This document shows, one piece after another, positions 39,401 to 50,858 of a DNA stretch of 64,000 nt. The stretch spans positions 33,666,001-33,730,000 of the forward strand of contig CM114271.1 of assembly GCA_050084515.1 (NCBI GenBank), given 5' to 3'. Both the position numbers and the translations under genes were made by a program. Under the pieces are notes generated by a model. That model had not been told where the DNA came from, did no database searches, and saw only the letters and a list, made by a program, of their open reading frames with translations. The number at the start of each line of letters is the position of its first letter. Position 1 is the stretch's first letter. Origin of the DNA: Blasia pusilla (lineage: Eukaryota).

Positions 39401-42400
39401 GCCTTCAGGCCGATTGCCATCTGAATCAGATCAAGAAGCGGTGGTGGATAAGCTATCCTAGCTGCGATACCAACTCTACCAATCATTCGCCGGAATTTTT
39501 CGATTCGATTACTGCGAAGCTCAAGCTAGTCAGTCTCGGAACGAAAGGAATCAACGCTGCGGGAGTAATTTTTAAGATCCGTATCACGATTCGTACACGG
39601 ATTTCTATGCATGTGCAGAATTAAAACAGTTCGGGATAGATGGATCCGTGAATGTAGAGCAGTCGGACATTACTTGCTAGCGTTCAGTGAATCAATCGCG
39701 TACCGCTAACATCGATCCCTGTAAATTTGGACTTTTCTCGCGAGGGGCGGAAGAGTTTCTGTTGAAAGTCGCCTACACATCTACGTATGCACACACGCAC
39801 ACACTCACACAGCGCAGCGCTGGCTTCATTTCAAGACCTCGAGCTCCAGCAATGGCCATCGCGTGTCAAGTGCTTAGAAGCCGATTGACGACCGTCTTAA
39901 GAATGAGTGAACCGGCCCAAGTCTAACGCGGCGCGCTGGCGGATCCGAGCGGGGACCACTGGCGCGCGAGCATGTAGACGACCGGTGTAGGAAAGACAGC
40001 CCGGACTCTCGCGCGCTGTCCTCTCCCCCGGCGTCTAGATCTGGACCGAGTGCTCCACTCTCCCGGATATTGTGCGCGAGGCCAGGTGAACCATGAATGA
40101 CGCATGCATGCGCGCGCGCGTAGTTCGCTCATCCCTCGAAAGCTTGGCAATTCCCAGGCTCGCGGCCATGGCAGGGCGACCGTGTGGCGTCGACGGATTC
40201 AAACCTTGGTGCATGAAGAATCTAGACTTCCAGGCAGCAGTGGTTCAATTCGCGATCGTGGGGTCAACTTCAACCTTTCGATCCCACTGTACCTAAAAGG
40301 CCGTGCTCGTGCCGTTGGACCTACCGGCCCTATATTTCAAGCTCGAGCTCGCGCCATTCAGATACGTCCATTTGTACATATGCGTGTCTCTAGCGACTAA
40401 AGTTGCGGCTATCTACGTACTCTCGCGGGAAACCGGAGTGTATGTACATGTATGCGTGCGCACCATCTACGTACTCGGATGTTTGTGCGTCGATCTTACC
40501 TTGAATATTCGCTGGCTAATTAATCGGGAAGGCAGTCGGTGAGTGAAAGATGAGCGATTGAGTTTTACCGTGAATCAAATCGTCGCCTCAAGATTCGTAG
40601 TCCCGACTCTTCGGAGTTAGGTTTTCGCGTCGGCGGTTTCCACTCGTTCGAAGGTTACGCGAGTGGATTTTCAGGTCATCGAGTTAAAATCTCAGGTATC
40701 AAGATCTAGACCAGACGAGACATGTCCGCGAGCTAGCGATCGAAGTCGCCGAGTTAGCGTAGAATATGTTGAAAGTCATTGAATGACATGCACTTATTGA
40801 GAGAAGTGGTCCACTGGACTGAGCGAGCGCGAAAAATGTTCGGTCGTTGCGTTGAATGAGTGACGCGCGTATAGATCGAGTAATGTCGACGGGCACTCGC
40901 TCGAGAGGCAAAGCAATACTACAGAGATAGAGTCGGTCACGAACTTCAACATTTCGCCGGACGCTCTTTCGAGCGGCATCAACTACGCTTCATGACTAGT
41001 CACCTGTAGCGTACGTTCGAACTTGCGAAGCTTTGACTGCGCAGTTTTACCCTGCGATTGTGGCAGCAGCGCGAGCTCAATTCGCGCTGTGGAAGACCGT
41101 GCACGAATGCCGACCAGGAGCTCAAATCCGTTCCTGGAAAGCGGAGCGCGCACTGTTCGCCATCGGTCCGAGGAACAGAGGGAGACCGTGCGGGAAGTCC
41201 AACAGATGTGTGACGACGTGATGTCGTCGTCGCCAGCAATCGAGCGGGCAGCTGCGCGCGCGGTAGGAAAGACGGCCGAACCCTATAGCAGTAGTGATTC
41301 CTGCTTCCTCCTCGGCCTAGCTTCGGATGATCGCAACTGACCTCGGATGTGCTGGGATTTCTCAAGGAACGTCCATCGACCCACGGGTACCGGATTCCCG
41401 GCCCACTGCAATTCGCAGCAGAAGCGGCTTCCGGATCGTCTAACTCGAGACTCGGCCGACTGGCGCGGTGTAGGAGGAGTAGGACAGAGAGAAAGAGAGA
41501 GAGAGAGGAGACATCGACATCGATCGATTGCGGGGGCACAGGCAGGCAGGCGGTCCCGAGGTCTCGGGCACCGGGATCTTTATTGTCGAGTGCGGAGTCA
41601 ACATGCTGCGCTGCCGCCTCATGAGGCCGGAATTCAGAGTGCCCGCTCGCTTATAAAGTACGATTGGCTTCGCAGGCAGGGCCATCGGAAGAGCCTAGAA
41701 TTCCTCTCGAGACCTCCAAATCCATCCAATAAATCGTCCGCAACAACAAAGATCTAGCCTGTCAGCAGTGTCCATATCCGCCCGCGGCTGTTCGTGCAGT
41801 CTCGCGTGCGCCGGGGGACTACTGCTCGCGATCTAGATCTGGAATCCGGATTATAGATCTAGAGGTCTACATGACCTAGGTACGTACAAGATAGATCTCT
41901 GGATCTGAGCTAGCTAGTCAGCTAGCTAGATAGACAGTCGGACAGACAGATCCTTACTGTGGGCAACCCTCTACCAGTCAGGGCACAGGCCAGGCCTGTC
42001 CTAGAGCTTCTTCCTTCGTACGTAACTTAGGCATCTGAAACTCGCACACCTTTACTCGTCGCACTGCGAGGCCTCGTGTCCGGCCGCGAGTCTAGACAGG
42101 GATCGTGTCGGGTAGATAGGGCCTCGAGCTCAATGGCGCCGGGAGGCCTGCTGCCGCTGCATGTGCCAGCGGATATATGAGGGAAGGAGTCTCTATCGAT
42201 CGAACGCTGAGCCGCGAAGAGCGAGACGGAGTCGACAGTGAGCCTCACGCACTCACTGCTGCCTCAGAAAGCGACGCTCGAGTGATCAACTGCCAGATTA
42301 TTGTTATAGATGGCGTGAAGATGGAGCCGAAGGGAAAGGTTGTGGCAATTGCAGCCGCATTGTTCTCCAGCACGTTTGCTTGGTCAGATAGATAGATAGA

Positions 42401-42637
42401 TAGATAGATAGATATTATACCTGCTGTGCTCAAGGTCGCTCCGCTTTCTCTCGTATGTTTGAGCACGGGGATTGGCCGGGAACCTGCTGACACTGCGCAG
42501 GAGCAAATCGGAGGTTGGCACCTCCGGTTCAAGGTCGAGGTCAAGGTCGCCACCTATCTCCATAGAAGACTACTCGTGATTGACAGATTCGGGAGTTCAC
42601 GGATTTGAAGGGGCCTCGGGCTCCCGAGTACGTGCGC

Positions 42638-43339
42638 ATGCTTCTCTCAGGTGCCGGACGTCGGAGGACAGTATCGATATCGATGACGCTCTTAGGCCTG
42701 TGTGCATGTGCCGCACTCGTGTACATTTTGTGCGTCTTCTCTTCTATTCCGATGATCGAATCGCGCGCTCTAGGGTCCGCTCGAGAAATCCAGCAATTGC
42801 CAGGGATGACGAGAAGCGCTGGCAGCGAACCAGATGTTCGACAGTTTGAGGATAGGGGAGTAGAGAAAAGAAAGCTGTCCGCAGGAGGCTGGAATCCTGC
42901 ACTTCCTTTCTTCCGCGGTCATGAGAGGCCGAGACTAACTGCGGGAGGGGGATTCATCGGCAAGAACATTCGCATCTCTATGTTGCGAGCTGGCACACCG
43001 TCGAGCCCGAGTGCAGTGAACCACCGCCGGCAAACCAGGAGCAGAAAGCTAGCGAGGTCCCCGCCCGCGAGAAGACCCGAGCACCACACTCTGCAGGCGA
43101 TGGCGACTGCAGAAGTGCTCCAGGGAAGACGAGGGCTAAGAAACGCGAGGAACTTCCTTTCCGTGTCCAGCCCAAGTGACAAAAATCACGGCTATAGAAC
43201 GCTAACTGGAGACGACTTCGAAGGGAGATTCGAACGCTCCCCACCAAATCCAGGCTCCGCACCGGCACCCGCAGATTGGCATCCGGGGCCCGACGACTGT
43301 CCGACCATGGCCAGACCATCAGTGCCACCACCAGCCTAG
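42638..43339 (+). CDS. Probable secreted signalling-peptide precursor (IDA/PIP/CEP-like modules)
   Basis: Intronless ORF with ATG at 42638 or 42683; hydrophobic signal MTLLGLCACAALVYILCVFSSIPMIES-RAL; low-complexity prodomain with His-terminated motifs SMLRAGTPSSPSAVNH, RNFLSVSSPSDKNH and RKLSAGGWNPALPFFRGH. Confidence 0.6.
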   Translation: MLLSGAGRRRTVSISMTLLGLCACAALVYILCVFSSIPMIESRALGSAREIQQLPGMTRSAGSEPDVRQFEDRGVEKRKLSAGGWNPALPFFRGHERPRLTAGGGFIGKNIRISMLRAGTPSSPSAVNHRRQTRSRKLARSPPARRPEHHTLQAMATAEVLQGRRGLRNARNFLSVSSPSDKNHGYRTLTGDDFEGRFERSPPNPGSAPAPADWHPGPDDCPTMARPSVPPPA

Positions 43340-45372
43340 CCTAGACTGCAGGCGCGCACGTTCACAATCATCGATCACCACTCTCATGTTGGAACGCCGG
43401 AGCCCGTCGCGATGAGCAATCGCAAGATATCGACTATTGAATCTACCGGAGATTCTCACGGTGCAATCACCCAACTGATATGTGCCAGGGATTCTTCGTA
43501 GCTCGGGCCGCATCCTCTCTTCGTAGAGCTCAGCTTCCATGGCCCCAAGGCTCTAGCAGCAAGTACACACAGGTTCAGTCCAAAGTCGGACTCCATGGAT
43601 GCGAACGATGATGAATTCTGCGCTCTCGAGCTCCTACCTCTCTCCCCGCGCGTATCAAGGGTACCACAGGAACCGAGTACTTCCCCATCTGCACAATCGC
43701 AACGTTCCAGAAACATGGAGCCGTACGTACACGCGTGTGTCTAGAGATCTTGCTCTCGAAACTGCCACAATGCGAGCGACCCCGACGCTTTTCTGCAAGT
43801 TATTCGTCGATGACCAACGAGACCCATGGCGTCTACGCAGGGCTGCTCAAACGTATCCGCATTGGCCGGCCAGGCAATCCGTGCAACCATGAATGAATTC
43901 AAACGGCGAGAGCGATCATTCCTGTACTTAGATCCCAGGAGTGTGCGGATTTCTTCGTCCATGATCGATCCTCGACATGAACCTCCTGATCATGACGAGC
44001 AATTGGCCAGGCGAGGTGTGGGGGGAGGGGGCCGGGAGTCGACATGAGAGAAGGTGGACGCATTCATCTTTCATTTATCATTACGGAGGGCCAGAAGACG
44101 AACATCTGTTCGCCATGAACATCATTCTTGAGGTCCCGCATCCAAATCACAAATGGATCACAGGACGCCGAGAACTTCAACTTCAGGAGAACGATCGATC
44201 CTTCTACGGCTTCGCCACGGCCAGAATTCAAGCGAGCCGACGTCAGGAAGGTCGTGCGAGCTCGCCTCCGGAGGGTCCTGCTGCAGATTGAGCAGTACCA
44301 GTGCGCAATAGCTCCGAAAACGCAGTTGCTTCCGACGACGGAACATGAATCGAGCTCAGCAACTACCACGCCTCGTTGTACTAGATCATGAGGATACTCG
44401 AAGTCCCCGAGCCAACTATCGATTGAAAAGGCTCATTACGTACGCGGTCCTATTCGTAGATATGTCTCGAGGTATCTGAGGGTACAAAAAAGGTGACCTG
44501 CGCATGCTGCAAGCGAGCACGGCGCGGGTCTTCGCAGCTGCCAAGAATATGGCAATCGGATTCAGATCATCTAGAGGGAGGGCTCTGTGAGGTCGATATT
44601 ATGAAATCGCCAGGATATGTGCATGCATGCGTGTAACAATTACATCTGTTTGACATGACGAATTGGATTCGTGAGGCCTGACTTTCATCAATCATTCTAA
44701 GTTGTGTTTTTCTCACGAGTGCTCTTGCCTGTTGCTCTCTGTAAGCAATTTCCGTCTTCATCAGCAGATTTCCAGCCCCATCGGCGGGAGAATCGAAAGA
44801 GAGCTCGCGACGATCCGATCCGTCAGTCGTCCCCGGCGGCTCGTCCATCGACCGACGACGTCCGCGTGAGCAGACAGATATCGTGACTGTCACCTGTCAG
44901 TGATGATTCTGCTATTCATGATCCGAATTGTTGCTTCTCAGCTCAGCATCACACGCAAACTTTAGATGGATGCACCGCGAGAGATCCGGAAGGTACTGCG
45001 TCGTGATCCAGAATCGGTCTACATATTTGTACATGTGTGGATTGACGAGTCCACATTCTCGAGCAATCGTTGAATCTTTCTACGTGGGACTAGCTTCAGC
45101 TTAGCTTTCATTCATGGTGGCTAGGAGCTTGTTGAGCAGTAGCACAGATTTAGATCCATCCGCGTATATGAATGAATGATGTCCTATGCTTGTGAGAGCT
45201 CGAGTACGGACGCGCAATGGACGGGAGGTTCGGATCACGTCTGCGGCAGACGTCGCTCAGAAATGAATCCAGTGCATAGAAACTGCAGGTTCGACTCAAC
45301 AGCTCTCGGTTGATCTGCGAGTTGGACTGCTTCGATCGCGATTTATTGATATTCGCTGAGATGGGGAGAGCT

Positions 45373-45762
45373 CTAGATGCTCACCTTCGAAGCCAGTGAC
45401 AGGCATTTTCGCGTGTCTGCATTTAAATCTTTAAATCTTCGCCGGCTCCTGTTCAGCAGGAGTTTCATGGTCGGGAGTTTTGGATCTAGGTCGATATTGA
45501 GCGCTTTCAAGAGTTCCGTTTGGATGTTGACAACATGGAGTTGAGGGGGTCGTGGTTTCCTAGATCGATCGAATCGCGTCTCCGAGACCGGTAGTTGAGG
45601 TCGCAATGTCGCATGGAGTGGGAAGTTCACAGCTTTCGACTCCATGCTTGCCTTCAAGGAAGAGGCTTGCATTGCCGAGAGTGTCATGCTACAGGGATTC
45701 AAGCGTGGCACGGCCACCAGTCCATAGCGATCGAGTCGTACTTTCGCGCATTCATCGGCCAT
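45373..45762 (-). CDS. Hypothetical protein, 129 aa
   Basis: ATG-initiated ORF with protein-like composition in the CpG-rich island; leader-like sequence upstream and a telo-box (TAGGGTTT, 47185-47192) at the island edge; no recognisable domain. Confidence 0.35.
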   Translation of the reverse strand: MADECAKVRLDRYGLVAVPRLNPCSMTLSAMQASSLKASMESKAVNFPLHATLRPQLPVSETRFDRSRKPRPPQLHVVNIQTELLKALNIDLDPKLPTMKLLLNRSRRRFKDLNADTRKCLSLASKVSI

Positions 45763-48176
45763 CGATCGTCGATACCCACATCCGGACGTGTGGTAGTTAA
45801 CGCACCCGAAACGGTTCTGAAGTTACCTCTGAGACATGAATGAATTCTCATGGCACAGAGCTACGAATTCTCGAGTGTGCGTGCATCGATTCTCGGACAC
45901 GGTTTCCGTTGAGCGCGCACATAAATTTTCCTTCAGCGCACGGCAACCTCCCGCTCGTGCTCCCGTCGCTGCCGAACACGTGGTGCTGAAAAGTGGGAAA
46001 CTTGGTCGACAATCTCGCGAATCTTGAGCGAGAAAGCTCGGGGATTCAGATCTCGATCGTAACTTCGAGCTTCCTCGAAACATGGAGAGGACACTCGAGT
46101 CCGGGCTACAGTGCAGCGAGAAGCACGAGGGCGAAATGTGCACCAACTTTTCTATAGCTGTGCCGCAGCTACAACCCTACCACATCTCTGGATCCGTCGA
46201 CGAATTGAATGCCATGCCAGACATCAACGGCGCCGGGATGATTCCCCTCCCTCCCCGCGAAGCCCGAAGTCAGCTAGCGCTGAGCCTAACGATCGAGGAG
46301 GAGTAAACCGCCCGTTGAGCAGCGACCAAATCGCAAAATCACAACGGAGCGCGATCACAACGAGGAGACCCTAAGTAGACATCTGCCAAACCGGAAATCA
46401 CAGCCACAACCGCAAAAAGCTTCCAGCACGCGACAGGACGACTCCGCGCACCCTCTCCAATCTCCCCCACTAAGAAACTTGAGTTGTCGAACGTGATCAT
46501 TGACCCCTCCGTCTCATGCTACGAATCTTCTCCGTATTATTATTATCCTTTCTATCTATCCTTCCATCCATCCATCCTCTCTCTCTCTGGCTATTAGTCC
46601 CGGCGCTGCGTGGTGGTCCACAGCCTACTACCCCTACTTACGATGCGTGCGCGTGAATCCGGAGGGAACCGTTCCTGAAACACGCTTCCCAATAGGAGCT
46701 ACTAGTAGTAGTAGTAGGATCAGCGATCTCTCTCGCGACCGTGTGCGATAATGCGATTCGTTGCAAATTTCTCGCGGCTATTATTACACGACGCATTCCA
46801 TCAAATCCCCGACCCGCAAACCCAAACCCGCCATCCCCCAAACACCCTACCACCCTAATTCCTTCCGATTCCTTTCGCTGACAGTTCTGAAAGTGTGGTC
46901 GATCGATCGCGTTCAGGAGCTCCGATCGATTTGGCCGAAACAGCAACGTTGCGGCATCGGTCGGACCCCATCCGATTTAGGAGAATGTCACAAAGCCATC
47001 TCACGACAGGCACACGATCCGCGCCGGCCCTTTTTTATTGTTGTTTGAAATCGACACCGATCTTGAGCGCGCGAAAGGTGTGTCCTAAGGCTATCGCGAT
47101 TTTGAGGATGGCTGCTCGAGATTTGCTGTGTCCTGTGCGAGTTCACCTCCACTCCACGTGAGCCCCACGAAACAGTGCGGAGTTTAGGGTTTCGAGTCGA
47201 GAAGCGATCAATAATCGATGGGGCGCCACTTGACAAGATAATAAAGTGGGTACATTTACTTGACTAGACTCGTTTAGTTAGTGGAGTGCATCCAAACATG
47301 TACTTGAATCGATGACTCGATTCTTTCGTCTCAAAGTTCACATTTTGGGGACGAGTGAGAATGTGAGGCCGAGCTAACGGAGTCCTCAGGGAAGGAAGGC
47401 ATGGGAGAAAATATTGGAAACCTTAAGGCGTCCATAACAAAATAGTGTATATTATTTTATTATGATGAATTAAGTCCATAAATGTATGGAGGGAACTCGT
47501 TGGGGAGACCGGAGGGAGGATAGGGGATGTGTAGGCATAGGGATCCGTGACATGAGTGGGAACCACTCGATCGGGATCTAATTTGTCCTTCTTATCCTTA
47601 TTTCCATATTTGGTTGGGGGAGGTGTGGGATTCTCAAAAACAAAGTTTGCGCCGAGAGGAAGGAAAGGGCATTTATTTATTTATATTTAAGGTGATTGGG
47701 TGATGTACGAAAAATAAAAATTTTATTTGAAGAGTTTTTGAATAATAATATTATAAGTCAAAAAATTTAAATGTCTACTTGTATAATATGAAACATTTTC
47801 TTATTGTCCAGATGTCATATGTCAAACAAAGAGGTGTTTACAAATCAAAAATGCACTCTCCAATAATAATATAGATACACTCCTTATCACTTGGCCTTCA
47901 TCTCCTAATCATAATCACTTAGTAGATTCGATCAATAGTCAAGGGTTGACACACTTGAGGATGTTGTTTTGTCATGCCTTTATTCATGTGTGTGTAAGTG
48001 GAAGAGAATATAAATTCGAAGTGCAGTCATGGTTTTTAAATTTACTATCGATAAATGAAAGTGTTGGGAGCCATTCAATTTCAAAGCTATGGAGGGTTCT
48101 TTATAGTTTTCATATAGGTTCCTTAGTCTAGTTTTTTCTCTACGGATGACAAATGTCATAAGTTAGAGGCTCTTGA

Positions 48177-48264
48177 AGTGGTCTATACGGTAAGGGAGGA
48201 CACTTTCTTTATTTGTCCTAATGGACAATTAAAGAAAGTGTCCTCCCTTACCGTATAGACCACT
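48177..48264. repeat. Near-perfect foldback with 42-bp arms and a 4-nt loop
   Basis: agtggtctatacggtaagggaggacactttctttatttgtcc-taat-ggacaattaaagaaagtgtcctcccttaccgtatagaccact, one mismatch. Confidence 0.92.
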
Positions 48265-48638
48265 AATAAGAATGGTAATGTGAACAAGTAAGGTAGTTTG
48301 TGTACAAAATTAAACCCAATATCTAAAATTCAACAATTTGTATTTTTGAATTTTTTGGGAGGGGAGGACATGGTTGACACCATGTGCCAACTCGTCAGAG
48401 GTAGTCCCCCCTTACTGCTATAGATGTAATTAGAGGTGCACATATCTAAGTTGTATAAATTTAAAGTGACACCATGGTGCATGATGTTTAGAACTCGAAT
48501 ACTTGTGTGAAGAAAAGTGAAGAGGTTCATAAGAAAAAATTGAGTTGTTGAAAAAATCTCAGTGTTTTTTCCAAACTATGCAAAAGCGGATAAAAATGGC
48601 AAAAAGGGAGTGTGAATTCAACACAACTCATCTATCAT

Positions 48639-48984
48639 CAAGATTGCATGGAAACGGACATGCCCGGCCCGCACTCGGGCCCATACTCAAGCTTGCACCC
48701 GAGCCTGCACCCGACCCCGCTGAGTATATCTGAGCTAACAGAGCCCACACCCGTTGCAAGGCCCCAAGCCCACAGGGCGGGCTCATGCGGGCTTCAGCCT
48801 ACCCAATGGGAGCCAAGCCCGCCCTACGGGCCTGGTTGCGGGCCTACCACGGGCCTCGCACAAGGTGCGGCCACCGTCATCCTGGGTCTGCGGCGGGCTC
48901 TAGGCGGGCTTGGGTGCAGGCCGCAGGTACGCGGGCCTGCACAAACATGTCCGCGAACCAAGACTTTGTCCGTGTGCAACCATG
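48639..48984. mobile_element. hAT-like MITE
   Basis: TIRs caagattgca/tgcaaccatg; perfect 8-bp TSD TCTATCAT (48631-48638 / 48985-48992). Confidence 0.9.
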
Positions 48985-49908
48985 TCTATCATAGGGTTTG
49001 TTTAACTTTGTTCATAACGAACTTTCAACATAGATTAAATCCATACTATAATATTACTATGAGCATGTATTAGCACACCAAGATGTTTTTAATTTTTTGT
49101 ATAATCGAATTTTTTCAAATTTTCCATCGTTTGATTTTGTATCATGTCATTCCAAATTTTCATCAAAATCTCTTTATCCTGTTGAGTATCAAGTAGTCTA
49201 GAATTTTATCGCAAAAAATCAAGTTTAATGGAGTTCTAGAACAAAGTTTAATATAATATTTGGAACCAAATATCTAGAATTGAAGTTTCATGAATTTTAT
49301 TTTTTTAAACTCAGGAATATTCAGATTTTGTCTTTTCAACTCCATTTGGCCCTTTGGTTGCCAACTTGCCATGTAAGGAGACAAAAGAAAAAACTGAAAA
49401 TTTAGGATGAAATTTTTAGAAAGTCTTGAAAATCTTCATCTCCAACTCCGATCCAAATTATTTTACAACAATCTTTCAAGACTTTCTAAAAGATTTGAAA
49501 GTTTTTGATATACAAGACTTTCAAATCTCTTACAAAGTCTGCCAAATCTTGTTTTCTAACTTCAATTCAAATTTTTATGTGATACAAAGAATCCTTTTTT
49601 TTATTTCAATTGCAATGCATATAAAATGAAGATTAGACTATTCGTAAACATTATAATATATCATAAACATTTCCATAGTGGAGTTGTGTCAAGAAATCTA
49701 ACACAAATTAGTAGCAAGAATTGATAATGAAAAGTAGATGAATCATTCTAAAGTTCAAACCACTTTTAACTATTAATAGATTCAAATTAATGTCGTTTCC
49801 TTTTGTACGTTAGATTACCCAAAAATAGGAAACTTTTGGCAACGAGACCTAACAATCCCCAAAATTTGGGTTGTGAGTGCCAAAGGAGCTCAATATATGC
49901 AACAAGTG

Positions 49909-50858
49909 CTAGGTTGCATGAGGACAAATGTTTTGTTTGCGGACTAAATATGGCCGTCCTAGGGCCGGACTTTGTTGTGTAGTAAAATTTTCTCTCATCC
50001 CAGGGGATTCTTACCCTCGGGTTCCAATCCAGCTGCCCACACCCAATCTCACTAACAAAGTTGCATATGGAAAAAATCCATGTCCACAGACATGTCCATA
50101 TCCATTGTATGGAAGGAATTATCCCATGTGGACCCCACCTCCACCCAAGGACCAAGGTTGCATGGAAACGGACAAGTTTGTCCATGGGAGGAACAAGTCC
50201 GGACATATCCATAGACATGTCACCCGAGTACCCGCATCCGAGCCCGCCCCTATGCAGGGACCCGCACATGGCGGGATGGCTGTGGGCTACCAATCCGGGT
50301 GCTCGCTACAAGCTCAGTAGGCTACAAGGGCGGGCTTGGGTGCGCCCCAAGTACCTGGGCCCACACCGACATGTCCATCCTAGGGACGGACATAAGTCTA
50401 CGGACACGTACTGTGTCCGTGTGCAACCCTACCTCCACCCTTTCTTATCCCCTCGCCGCCCCAACCCCGCTCGCCTCGATGCTCTCTGCTTAGTCATTGC
50501 TTCCTCCCCCCACCTCCACTCCCTACCCCCTTGTTACCCTCCTTGCCCCTTCCCTACCTCCCACCAAGAGCAATAAAGTGTGGGCTCCACCTCTTCTAAT
50601 CCATGTCCATGGACATGTCCAAAATTGGCCGTCCATGTTCGTCTTAGGGACGGACTTGTATATTTTCTTACAACCATGCCTGCTAACCCATGTTGTGCTC
50701 CACCACGCATCCCTCCCAAATGTCCCGCATTCCCCTCCCGGCCTTGCACTTGTCCTCATGCTCCTGTCCTCATCCCTTGCCCTTACATGGACCACCCACG
50801 TTCCAAAAAAACCTGTCTCACGAGGGCGGGACGGCATGTTTGTTTCAAGGCAGCCTTG
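49909..50858. mobile_element. Triple-nested hAT-like MITEs (outer 49909-50858, middle 50056-50678, inner 50146-50431)
   Basis: Inner TSD CCTCCACC is perfect; middle ctcactaa/cctgctaa and outer aacaagtg/agcaagcg are degenerate; all carry related GTTGCA TIRs. Confidence 0.72.

Noticed and set aside
39687-42553. Many overlapping ORFs of 60-180 aa
   Set aside because: Expected in GC-rich sequence; no domain or clear coding signal.
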